Positions 30,681-40,985 of a stretch of DNA of 64,000 nucleotides are shown here, piece after piece (position 1 is the stretch's first letter; each line of letters starts with the position of its first letter). A model generated the notes under the pieces. The model worked only from the letters and a program-made list of their open reading frames with translations. It was not told the origin of the DNA and did no database searches. The position numbers were made by a program, and so were the translations under genes. The DNA is taken from positions 1,824,001 to 1,888,000 of the forward strand of contig CAXXGO010000006.1 of the NCBI GenBank assembly GCA_963666835.2. The letters run 5' to 3'. This stretch comes from Phycisphaerae bacterium (GTDB lineage: Bacteria > Planctomycetota > Phycisphaerae > UBA1845).

Positions 30681-32462
30681 ATGAACCAAGCCATCACCGA
30701 AGCGTTGGAGATCGTGGCTCGCGAAGGGGTCTGTTTGCGCCGTGACTGGCGTTTGGCTTGGCCTGCGCCGATGCAGGAACTTGTCTACCGTTTTAGGCTC
30801 TGGGAACCGGGGTCTCCGGGGCCGATACTCGTGGCGGTAATGGGCGGGGCGTCGTCGGGCAAGAGTACGGTTTTCAATAATCTGCTTGGCGGGCATCTCA
30901 CCAGTCGGATCACTGCTCGAGGGCACGCGACGCGGGGCCCGATCCTGGCGGTACACGAGGACCAGCGGGAGCGAATCGAGCAACTTCTGGGCGACGGGCG
31001 GCTGCTGCCCGGGCTCCGCCGTGTTCCAATCGAGCTGGACGGCAATGTGTCCGGAGAGCCGGATGCGGTGGCTATGCTGTACCACCATCTGGATCCTCTT
31101 CGCAATATACTACTGTTCGACATGCCGGACCTGACCTCCCAGGCATCGGCGACCGAAGGTGAGGTTGCTCTTACCTTGCTCCCCTGGTTTGACCGGCTCG
31201 TGGTAGTTGTGGACCACGAGCGTTGGTTCGATCGCCAGACGGTCTCCGAACTGCGCGCCTATTCGGTTCGCTCCGGGCAGGATCGCCTGGTTCTGTTCAA
31301 CCGGACCCGCGAGGAAGATCTTGCCGACGAGGACGAGGCTGCTCTTCGCGTTCAGGCTGAACGGCTTGCTGCTCAACGTATGCTCGTTCTCGGGTTTCGC
31401 CGGGGGCGGGGTTTCTGTCTGTTCGTCCCCGGCACACTGGATGAAGTTGTCGCTTTTCTGGCGACCCCCGGGCCGAAGCGAACGGGAGCGATGATCCGCC
31501 AGTTGTCCGAGGCCGCCAACCGGGTGCTCAACGAGAACGAGGAGAGGGCGGTTGGGTTGGCCAAGCTGCACGAGTCCCTTGGTGCGGCGGTTGCCCGAGT
31601 TTTGCCTTCGACGTGGGATTGCATGACGTCGCAAATGACCCCGCGGGAACGCAAGCAGCTCGAGGTGTTTTCCCGGATCTTCCGGCTCTACGAGACAGGG
31701 AGTTGGTTCACCGCCCAGACGCGTCGCGTCCGCAGTGCGCTGCAGGGCATTCCGGGGATTGGGGTGCTCCTGCGGTCTGCGCCGCCGCCGGATGAACCTA
31801 TTGATGACAACGCGGACCGGATTACGGTGACTAAGGCGTTCTACCAGTCGACGGCCCAGCGTCAGATTCACGAGGTTCAACGGGTGGTCCGAGCCAGCAA
31901 GTTCTGGAGCGAGCTGGAACGATGGACGGGGCAGCGACCCTCGGCGCGGGCTTTTGAATGGACGCCCGCGCTGGTAAGTGAGGTTCAGGGGGTGGCGGAG
32001 AGATTCGACGCCGCGCTGGATCGGTGGACCGAGAAGGTCAAGTCTGAGTGTCAGGGGATTAGCCCGACAATCCACGGAGCGGTTGGTGCCGGTGTTATTG
32101 CCTTGGCAGTCGTGCTGATAGCTGTACCGGGTCCGATTACGGCTCTTACGCTCGTATCTGCAAAAGGGGCGATTGGCGCGGGTCTGGCGCACCTGGCAGC
32201 TAGTACGGGAGCGGGGGCGGTACTGGGTCGGCATATCGGTCGCCTTAGCGCCGTCATTCAGGAGAAGCTGCTGGGCAGCGCGGAGTTCGAGGCTGTGCAG
32301 GCCTCGGCCGCAGCCTTTCGTGGTCTGCTCGAAGACGCCGGCCGGGAGCTGGTGGCGGCTGCCGCTGACGAAGCGGCGGCATATGTCATGCCGTCCGGCG
32401 ATCGACTAACGGCGGCTCTGGAGGTTCTGCGTAACGGGTCGGAGGATGAGGTCGATGACTGA
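30681..32462 (+). CDS. Dynamin-like GTPase (first of a pair) with C-terminal hydrophobic hairpin
   Basis: G1 GGASSGKST, G2 ATRGP, G3 DMPD, degenerate G4 NRTR; helical stalk; hydrophobic VGAGVIALAVVLIAVPG. Confidence 0.8.
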   Translation: MNQAITEALEIVAREGVCLRRDWRLAWPAPMQELVYRFRLWEPGSPGPILVAVMGGASSGKSTVFNNLLGGHLTSRITARGHATRGPILAVHEDQRERIEQLLGDGRLLPGLRRVPIELDGNVSGEPDAVAMLYHHLDPLRNILLFDMPDLTSQASATEGEVALTLLPWFDRLVVVVDHERWFDRQTVSELRAYSVRSGQDRLVLFNRTREEDLADEDEAALRVQAERLAAQRMLVLGFRRGRGFCLFVPGTLDEVVAFLATPGPKRTGAMIRQLSEAANRVLNENEERAVGLAKLHESLGAAVARVLPSTWDCMTSQMTPRERKQLEVFSRIFRLYETGSWFTAQTRRVRSALQGIPGIGVLLRSAPPPDEPIDDNADRITVTKAFYQSTAQRQIHEVQRVVRASKFWSELERWTGQRPSARAFEWTPALVSEVQGVAERFDAALDRWTEKVKSECQGISPTIHGAVGAGVIALAVVLIAVPGPITALTLVSAKGAIGAGLAHLAASTGAGAVLGRHIGRLSAVIQEKLLGSAEFEAVQASAAAFRGLLEDAGRELVAAAADEAAAYVMPSGDRLTAALEVLRNGSEDEVDD

Positions 32463-34335
32463 ACGCACCGCATCTTCATCGTTGACTCACGAGATGCAGG
32501 CCATCAACCGCGAGCTGGCTGACCTGGTCGGGGTCGAGCCGGTGGACCTTGCCCTTGGGTCGGAGGCTGCTCTGGTTGATGATCTCGTAATCTGCGGGAT
32601 CCTCGGGGGGAAGGACGTAGGCAAGTCGACATTGATCAACGCTCTCGCCCGCGAACCGGTATCGGTCGACGCGCGCGAGGTGGGTCGTGGTACCGAGCGG
32701 CCGATGGTGTTTGTACACGGGGACGTGCGGACGATTGTGGGTGATCGCCTCTCCGCACTCGGGCGACATGTTCCGTTTGATGTCGCGTTGCACCGGGCGG
32801 ATCCGATCCGCAACGTTGTGTTGGTAGATCTTCCGGATTTCGACAGTGAGTTTCGCGAACACCTCCAGGTTGTGCGGGTTGTGGCTCCGCTGCTCGATCG
32901 GGTGCTCTGGGTGCAGACTCCCCGTAAGATCGGTGACCGTGTACTGGCGGAGATGTTCCACGACGTAATCAAGGATGCCGGCAATGTTCTTTGCGTTCTC
33001 AACAAGGTGGACGAGCTGCTGGCCGACGGTGATCTGCCGCGGGAGACTGAAGGGCAGACCCTCGGCAGTGCGGACGCGGCGGATCTGTTCTGGCGGTGGC
33101 AGAGCGACTGGGTAGCCCGGGTAGTTGAGGGCATCGGTTTCCCGCGCGGTGACGAGCATCGCTTCTTAGTGGCCGCGGCATTCTCGGATTCCGCCGCGTT
33201 CACCGCCCACGTTGGGCGGCGCTGGGGTGATGCCGATTGGTCACGATACGAATCCGACCATGACATAGTGACGCGGATCGCCGGACGGGCCCTCGATGAC
33301 CTTGATCGATTGCGGGCGGCGGTACTGGGTCCGGTGTCTGCGGATCAGGCACGCTGCTTAAAAGAGGCGAATCGTCGGCGCGAGCGGCAAGCCAACACCG
33401 AGCGCATCCGGCGGCACTACGACGTTGACGGCAATGCCGAGCTTCTGTCTCTGGCGTGCGATGCCGCATATCATCAACAGGTTCTTGCGGAAACCGTCGG
33501 AGCGAATTTCGCCGCGGCCGTCGCAGCCCGCCTGGCCGGGTACGTGCGGCCCGATACGGCCTTGGCTGACGAGCTGCTCGAACACCGGTTAGACCGTTGG
33601 CCCTTGCTGCGCCTGGCTTACTGGCCCTTCGGCTGGTTGTCGCGTGCTCTTGGCCGTCGGTTTAGTGCCTCGCACACGGTGCTGCCGGAGAGCACCGAAG
33701 ACCCGTTCGAAGTTGAGGGTCGCAGTTTGCTCGATCGGGCGGAGTTGGTCCGAAGTCGAGTGCTGGCCGATCACGCGGTGGTTGCGTCGCGCCTCCGTAT
33801 TGACGCGGCGCTGCCGACCGCGGCCAAGCTCTCGAAGAATGCCTCCTCTGCCGCGGCGGGCCTTATCCCGCGGTTTGAGAGAGGTCTGCTGGAGGGCATT
33901 TACGGTCGCGATTGCCGGCCTGGGTTCATCGGCAAGGCCGCGCTGTGGTTCGTCCTGCTGTGGTTCCCTTTTCTGCAGCCCGTGCTGGAGGGGGCGTTGG
34001 CGATGTACGTCGAAAGCGGGGCGTGGCATTGGGCACACGGGGCGTACCGCGTTGTCTCGGCGTTCAGTGCCGCTCATCTGCTGATGGGCTTCGCGGTGGT
34101 GGCGGCGGTGTACGTGGCGGTCCTTGCGGGAATGTACGCGCGCGGATTGCGCGCCGTGCGGTCTGCCCTAACGGGGCCCGGTGACGGAGCGCCGGGCACG
34201 CTTCTGGCTGACTCCGTTGACGAGGTTCTGGTTGTTGAAATCCTCGTTCCGTTGATCAGACCGTTCCAGGATAGTCTAGATCGTCTGTCAGCCCTTCAGG
34301 ACAGACTTGATCGCCAGAGTTCAGATCCAGCTTGA
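32455..34335 (+). CDS. Dynamin-like GTPase (second of a pair) with two TM segments
   Basis: G1 GGKDVGKST, G3 DLPDFDS, G4 NKVD; start overlaps the upstream stop (ATGACTGA). Confidence 0.82.
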   Translation: MTERTASSSLTHEMQAINRELADLVGVEPVDLALGSEAALVDDLVICGILGGKDVGKSTLINALAREPVSVDAREVGRGTERPMVFVHGDVRTIVGDRLSALGRHVPFDVALHRADPIRNVVLVDLPDFDSEFREHLQVVRVVAPLLDRVLWVQTPRKIGDRVLAEMFHDVIKDAGNVLCVLNKVDELLADGDLPRETEGQTLGSADAADLFWRWQSDWVARVVEGIGFPRGDEHRFLVAAAFSDSAAFTAHVGRRWGDADWSRYESDHDIVTRIAGRALDDLDRLRAAVLGPVSADQARCLKEANRRRERQANTERIRRHYDVDGNAELLSLACDAAYHQQVLAETVGANFAAAVAARLAGYVRPDTALADELLEHRLDRWPLLRLAYWPFGWLSRALGRRFSASHTVLPESTEDPFEVEGRSLLDRAELVRSRVLADHAVVASRLRIDAALPTAAKLSKNASSAAAGLIPRFERGLLEGIYGRDCRPGFIGKAALWFVLLWFPFLQPVLEGALAMYVESGAWHWAHGAYRVVSAFSAAHLLMGFAVVAAVYVAVLAGMYARGLRAVRSALTGPGDGAPGTLLADSVDEVLVVEILVPLIRPFQDSLDRLSALQDRLDRQSSDPA

Positions 34336-34365
34336 TGAACCTGCGGTGAGGGGACGCCGGTGCCG

Positions 34366-34394
34366 TTGCAGCTCACGGGCCGGTCTCGTAAACT
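34366..34394 (+). promoter_or_regulatory. Putative asnS promoter (leaderless-type)
   Basis: TTGCAG-17 nt-TAAACT, ATG 8 nt later, no SD. Confidence 0.5.
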
Positions 34395-34402
34395 CACTCC
34401 CC

Positions 34403-35914
34403 ATGGAAACGACAGCAAGAACGACAATCGACCGGCTCGGGGAGCATGTGGGGAAGGTCGTCACCCTCAGCGGTTGGGTCTATAAGACGCGAGCCAGCGG
34501 GAAGATCGCCTTCATTATCGTCCGAGACGGCACCGGTTTGTGCCAGTGTGTTTTGGAGAAGAACGAGCAGACCGCGTCGTTCTTTGACGAGGGCCGCAGG
34601 CTTCCGCAGGAGTCATCCCTGCACATAACGGGCACTATCTCGGCCGAGGAGCGGGCGGTCGGGGGGCACGAATTGAGGGTCACGGGTCTGCAGGTAGTGG
34701 ACCCGGCCGGGGATTATCCGATTACGCCTAAGCCGCACGGGGTCGAGTTTCTCATGGGGCATCGGCACCTGTGGTTTCGATCCCAAAGACAGTGGAACAT
34801 CCTGCGCATCCGCGCGACGATCGTCGATCAGATCCGCCGGTTCTACAACGACAACGGCTTTGTCTTGATCGACACGCCGATCTTCGCTCCGGCCGCGGGA
34901 GAGGGCGCTCAGACTTTGTTCAAGGTCGACTATTTCGGCGACCCGGTCTATCTGGCCCAAACTGGGCAGCTCTACGTCGAAGCGGCTTGCATGGCCCACG
35001 GCAAGGTTTACTGCTTTGGGCCCACTTTTCGGGCGGAGCGGAGCAAGACCCGCCGGCATTTGACCGAGTTCTGGATGGTCGAGCCGGAAATCGCCTACGC
35101 CAGTCTTGATGACGTGATCGGGGTGGCTGAGGATTTCGTGTTTTCGATCGTTCGGCGGGTGCTCGCCGACCACCGCGACGCTCTTATCGAGTTGGGGCGC
35201 GATGTTGACGAGTTGGAGGCGGTCCAGAAGCCCTTCCATCGGGTTACCTATACCGAGGCGGTGGATCTGTTGCGCGGTCCTAAGGCCAAGGAGCTTCTCG
35301 AACGGGACTTGGCGGAGAAAACCGCTCGGGTGGCCGAGTTGGACGGGAAGATCGATGAACTGGAGGCGGTGGCCAAGGGCGGCGGCAAGCAGTGGCAGAA
35401 GGACAAGGCGGCGGCCGAGGTTATCGAAACCCGCGAGCAACGGGCCGAGTGCCAGGAGCAGATTCGTAACATTCCGCACCACCTGGAGCTGGCCGCGAGT
35501 TTCGAATGGGGCAGCGACCTGGGTGGATCGGACGAGACGATTATCTCGCGCTTGCATGATCGACCGGTGTTCGTCACCCACTACCCCAAGGATGTCAAAG
35601 CGTTCTACATGCGCGAGGATCGTAACGATCCCCGGGTGTTTGAGTGTTTCGATCTGCTGGCTCCGCAAGGTTTCGGTGAGATCATCGGCGGGTCGGCGCG
35701 CGAAGAGGACTACGATCGGCTGCTGGCCCGGATCAAGCACGAGAACCTCCCGCAAGCGGACTACGAGTGGTATCTTGACTTGCGGCGCTACGGCAGCGTT
35801 CCGCACGGCGGCTTCGGTTTGGGGGTCGAGCGGACCGTGGCGTGGGTGTGCAATCTGAAGCACATTCGAGAGACCATTCCCTTCCCACGCATGATGGGGA
35901 AGTTCTACCCGTAG
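34403..35914 (+). CDS. asnS: Asparagine--tRNA ligase
   Basis: OB-fold N-domain, FRAERSKTRRHLTEFWMVEPE, GEIIGGSARE, LRRYGSVPHGGFGLGVER, IPFPR. Confidence 0.93.
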   Translation: METTARTTIDRLGEHVGKVVTLSGWVYKTRASGKIAFIIVRDGTGLCQCVLEKNEQTASFFDEGRRLPQESSLHITGTISAEERAVGGHELRVTGLQVVDPAGDYPITPKPHGVEFLMGHRHLWFRSQRQWNILRIRATIVDQIRRFYNDNGFVLIDTPIFAPAAGEGAQTLFKVDYFGDPVYLAQTGQLYVEAACMAHGKVYCFGPTFRAERSKTRRHLTEFWMVEPEIAYASLDDVIGVAEDFVFSIVRRVLADHRDALIELGRDVDELEAVQKPFHRVTYTEAVDLLRGPKAKELLERDLAEKTARVAELDGKIDELEAVAKGGGKQWQKDKAAAEVIETREQRAECQEQIRNIPHHLELAASFEWGSDLGGSDETIISRLHDRPVFVTHYPKDVKAFYMREDRNDPRVFECFDLLAPQGFGEIIGGSAREEDYDRLLARIKHENLPQADYEWYLDLRRYGSVPHGGFGLGVERTVAWVCNLKHIRETIPFPRMMGKFYP

Positions 35915-36016
35915 GTCGCCATCCGGGGGGGGCGAGGATAACGGCGCCGCAATCGTCGCTGACATTGTCGGGCGCCGTCTGATTCGGCGGGTTGAACCGG
36001 TAATATATCAATGGTT

Positions 36017-36046
36017 CGGGGGCGGCGTTTGCTGACGCCACCCCCG
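36017..36046. terminator. Hairpin between convergent asnS and S8 peptidase genes
   Basis: CGGGGGCGGCGT-loop-ACGCCACCCCCG, followed by GTTT on the plus strand. Confidence 0.45.
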
Positions 36047-36077
36047 GTTTCTCACTCAGATATCGCAATCGAGACTA

Positions 36078-39000
36078 CTACGGGCAGGGGGACTCGCATT
36101 GTACGCCCCAGTAGTCCTGACCTTGGAAGGACAGGACCGCCCATTGGATATCAGTCATGTTGATGACCCCGTCGAGCGTACACCCGGCTTGATCCGTAGC
36201 TTCCATAGTGGCGTGACTGGTATCGCCCTGGAAAGCCAGGGTGAGGATCTGGATGTCGGCGATGTTGACGATCAGATTGTGATCGATGTCGGCCCACAGC
36301 CAGGTAGTCACGGAACGCGCCGGTGACAGGATCGGTGCACCGGGCGCACCGTAATCACCTTGCACGCTGTACCGGGTACCGGGACCGATCTCGGCGCCAC
36401 TAACCAGGATGGTATTCCATCCGGCGGGACCGTCCGGCATGAGGAACACCGGAGAATCGTCCAGCGTGCCATCCTCTTGCACGTACTGCGACAGGCACGC
36501 CACGGCGGGATCCCTTGAATCTCCGGTCACCAGCAGGGCGACGGGATCCGGACCGACCTGAGGTTGGACGCTCAAGTACCGCGCCCCATGGACGTTTACG
36601 GTCAGAGTGGCGCACGGGGGGAAGCTCGGCGGATCGCCGGATGTCCACCGGTTCTTAAGTTCACCCCAATCCTTGCAGTCCACGTCGCTATCGCCATCGA
36701 AGTTGACGCACCGGCATCCCTCCCCGACTCCGCCGCCGGGTCCGGAGAAGCAACTCCAGAGCACGGCGAGATCGTCCTCATCGGTGTCGCCGTCCGCGTC
36801 ACAGTCGCCCAGCGCAACACATTCGCCGGCTTCCGACAGATCACTCTCCATGAAGTCCGCGGATAACCCATCGCCGGTTGAAATGCCGACGATGCCGTCC
36901 TCGGCGGCAATCGCCAGACGGGTAAGCTGAATGAGCCCGTCAAAGAACATCTCGATCTGGAACGTGTTCTGGTTACTGGTGTTGTACTCGGGGACGTTTT
37001 GCCAGGTGACCACGACGCGATCGGCGAGCTGTTGCCATCGCACTGACCCTCCCTCTCCGGGGTCCAGATCGTCGAACAGGCCGGCGATTCGGGGTTTGCT
37101 GAAGTGGTTGGTTAGCGATTCGAGGTGCTCGTCGTCGCCGCTGCCGAAGGTAACGTATCCGTTAGTGCCGACGTAGAATGTGTCGTAGTCCGTACCGTAG
37201 AATGGCAGCGTTACGCCTCCGGTCAGGGCAATTGTGCTATAGTTGTCGTCGTCGTTGCTGGAATCCCAGGTCACGGTCGTTCCGCCCGAAGGATCAGTCG
37301 GCAGTGAGGTGACGTCGGTCTCGATACAGGACTGATAATGATCGAACGACCCGTTGGGCGCGAAGCTGAGGGTCACGTACTCGATGTCATTATCACTGTC
37401 GAATTCCTCGGTGAAGAAGTCGGGGATGTCCGGTGTTGTGAAGTTGTAACAAGCACCGCCATTGTCGTCGGATGCGCTGTTGCCCGCCACATCGACCACA
37501 TCGATAGAGAAGAAGTACGTCCGGTTGTCCTCCAGCCCCGTGAGCAGATACTCGTGGTAGGACTTGTGACCATAACCAACCTTCGTTTCGGTCAGCGCGG
37601 AACAAGTTGTGCCATAATGCAGGGTGGACGAGGTGTCCTCGTTTGTTTGGAACGTGACCTTGGCACTGCGCGGCTCAAGATCCGTTGTCTGTACGAAGTA
37701 GACGTTCGGAGGGTCGCAATCCACCACGCCGGTCGCTTCGTTGACCACATCGAAGTTGCCGAAGCCATCGTCAGCGTCGACGTAAGTAACCGTGATGGTG
37801 TCGCCGTTGGTGATCTGCAGAGTACCGACCGCATCGGTCTCGCTCATCACAATACTGCCGCGAAACGCCGCAGTCTCCGCGGAGGTCTCGGTCAAGGTGA
37901 CCACCTCGCCGGCCGGCTCGGTTTCCGAGACGATAGTCACTTCGATGGTCTCGATTACACCGTTGTCGGTGTTCAGATCGCAGTCCACCACCTGGATGTC
38001 GGCTACGCTCTCGCACGCGTACTTCTTGCTGTCCATCGAAACCACGCCTACCGTCGAGCAATTCACCAGCATGGGGGAAGCGGCCACCGAGAATACTTGT
38101 GGTCCCTCGGGTACGTTGAAGCCGTGAACTTCGACTTGCCAGGCACCGGTCTGCGGCGCCTCGACGAACACTTGCTCGATATTATTCACGTGGTCGGCCG
38201 CCGTACGCACCGCGGCGTTACTGGGGTTGGCCGGATCGAGCGTCCATGGATAGTGCCGCCCGCCGGACGGGTCGAATACCACCAAGTCCAGGTCGTTGAC
38301 CAGAGCCGGGTTGACGTTTGCCGTGCCCGGGTAGTCATCCCAGGCCAACGTGATCTTCAGTTGCTCGCCCGCCGTGACTACGACCAGCATCGAATACACT
38401 TCGCCCTGGCTGATCTCGTCCTCAAGGAAGTTGCCGGTACGCATGAAGTCTACCGCGGCCTTGGCTCGTACCGATCCGTAACCGGCGCGATAGTCGGGCC
38501 CTACCGTATCGAGATCCTCGCAAGTGTGGGTCAACAACGCCTTGAGCGTGGACCCGCGGAAGTCCGGCTCGCCAGGGAACTGGGTTCGGAAGTCCTGTAG
38601 CAGTAAAGCGCTGATACCGGCCACGGTCGGGGCGGCCATGGACGTTCCGGATTTGCCGGTGTAGGCCGTATCGCTCGAACTCGAACAGGAGGTCACGTCG
38701 TAGTCACCGTCACTCTGGCTACCGGGGCCGGCCAGGTCCGGCTTGATCCGCCCGTCATCAGTCGGACCCCAGCTTGTGAAATCGGTCTGGGAGTCGTCGT
38801 TGGAGTTAAGGGCCCCGACGGTAATGTGGTTCTTGGCACACGCGGGGGGGGGCGGTCGAATGGTAGCCGTTATCATGCTCCCCGGGGCAACCGGTGCAGC
38901 TTCGCTCGTTGCCGTTGGCCCAGACTATTCGGAACGGATCACCCAGGCTCCCGCCGACGATGGCGTCGATAAGAGCCGCGGTTACGCCGTAGTCTCCGGT

Positions 39001-40098
39001 GATCGAACAGGGGAAGCCGTTCCAGCAGGTGTTCGTGCCGATCGAGTTGTTGGATATGTCGGCCCCGTACGTGTTGATGGCTTCATCGTAGTCATCTTCC
39101 ATGTCGCCGGGGTTACTGTAGAGGAATATGCCCGATCCGTCATAGTCGAAACCGTAGGATTCGATCGTCACGCCCGGGGCCATTCCCCGGTATTGGCCGG
39201 AGCTGGCCGCCCCGCTGCCGCCTACGGTGCAGGCTACGTGAGTTGAATGGTCGCTCGTTCCGGACGAGTCGCGGACGGTCAAGCGACCACCGAAGTCAAC
39301 GTGGGTTTGCCGGGCGTCACCGCCGTCGTAGACCAGCACCGTAACGCCGGATCCGTCCAGTCCGTACGGCGGCTCGTTGACAATGTCGACTCCGGTCCGG
39401 TCCCGGTTGCTGTCGTTGACCTCGCTCATTCGTGGCAGGGCCGGCTCGATCCACATCACGCCGTCTTCGTCGGCCAGGGTCGGGATTTTCTCCAGCGGGA
39501 GCTCGATGACCAGTCCGTTGATACTCTCTAAGTGCGAGCGGATCACCGCTCCGTGCTTAACGGCCAAGCCGGCTCCGCGGGAGGCGAGAGGGACGTCGCG
39601 ATGAAAGAGAACATACGTGCCGACGATTGTCGGCTCGTCCTTGCCTTCGGGCTCGGCGGCGGAAACCACGGCCCAGGTCGGTACCTCTCGGTCGGCCAGG
39701 ATCGGGTGCAATTTCCACGTTTGCTCGATCGTCCGGGCGTCGACCAGAGACTCTGCCCGTGCGAGGACTGCGGAATCTACGCCATCTGAGCCGACGGCAG
39801 CGAAGTAGGCGTTATTACCCAGGTAATCGAGCAAGCGTACGCCGGCATCCGCCAGCTCCACCCGCAGCGCGTCGTCAACCGGGGCACTGAACTGGACAAC
39901 CACGTGGTTGCCCTCCGCGCCCGACGTTTTCCGGCTGAGGACGTCGGCGATCTCCGCCGAGGTTCTGGTTGGCGCCTCCATTGCTCCGGTCCGCCAGTCG
40001 ATACGATTGGCCGCCTGAGCGACACTGCCGATCACCAACGTGACCGTCATTGCCAAGGCACAAGTAATCTGCAGGTGAGTAGTACGATTCTTTAGCAT
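36078..40098 (-). CDS. Secreted S8 subtilisin-like peptidase with FN3-like, NIDO-like and dockerin-like modules; +1 frameshift in a C9 tract at 38844-38852
   Basis: VLVYDGG, HSTHVACT, ANGN in ORF 38806-40320; CAKNHITVGA and GTSMAAP in ORF 36078-38876. Removing one C gives GYHSTAPPACAKN. Confidence 0.88.
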
Positions 40099-40505
40099 GA
40101 CAAACCTTCCCGAAAAACCAAGGCATGACCAGAGGTTTGGACTGTTTCGCAAGAGCCACGTTTGACTCTGCCGCCGGAGGAGTGCCACGAGGTCAGGCAC
40201 TGCGCCGGATCCCGTGATCCCAGCTATGGCCCGCAAGCTACACAACTGCCGAAACCGTGCGGTTCTGCTTGCGCGGTCCACGGTACGGCTGCGGCTTGCC
40301 TTCCAGCTCCCTCCTCCCACTGATCCTCCACAAGGAACCCACTTACCTTAAGTTTACCGGGCGACGTGGTCGTTTACAACGAAGAAACCACTGGACACTC
40401 GGCAGCGGCGCTGTAAGTTCTTAGTGAGCGGCCCGGCTCCACTCGACGATGCCCGGGAATAATACGCCCCCGGCCGTTTGTCTTTTTTTGTAAGGCGATT
40501 CAATA

Positions 40506-40886
40506 ATGGGGAAGATTAGGGCAGGTTCCGCCCGTGGGCCTCGGAAACGCCGGTCTCCTGCGCGGTCGCATGGGACCGATAGTACGCGTTTACTCCGCGG
40601 ATCGGCTGGCGCGGGTCACTGGGGACGGGTTGGTGCTCTCGCGATGGCGTTTGGCCTGGTGGTTATGGGTCTTTTAGTTTCCGGCTGTCGCACGGCGAGA
40701 CCTGCGACATCCACGTCCCCCAGCGTAGCCAACGGGGCATCACCCGCCGACGGCGCGCTTGCCAACGAAGCTGCGAGCATGGCGGTCCACGACCAGAAAC
40801 GGGCCGGCGACGCCTATCTCCGGGAAACTCCCGAGCCATCGGTGCGGCCGGAAGACCGGCCGATTCGTCCGGTTCGTCGACCCTGA
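40506..40886 (+). CDS. Hypothetical small lipoprotein-like protein
   Basis: Basic N-terminus, hydrophobic stretch ending LLVSGC; start uncertain. Confidence 0.4.
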   Translation: MGKIRAGSARGPRKRRSPARSHGTDSTRLLRGSAGAGHWGRVGALAMAFGLVVMGLLVSGCRTARPATSTSPSVANGASPADGALANEAASMAVHDQKRAGDAYLRETPEPSVRPEDRPIRPVRRP

Positions 40887-40985
40887 GGGTCGATTGTCGG
40901 GTGGGGGGATAGCAGAAGCGCCCGACCGGAGCCCCGGCGGCATGTCGATTAGTGATGCTCCGCTGTGCGTGGGGGGCGATCCCAT

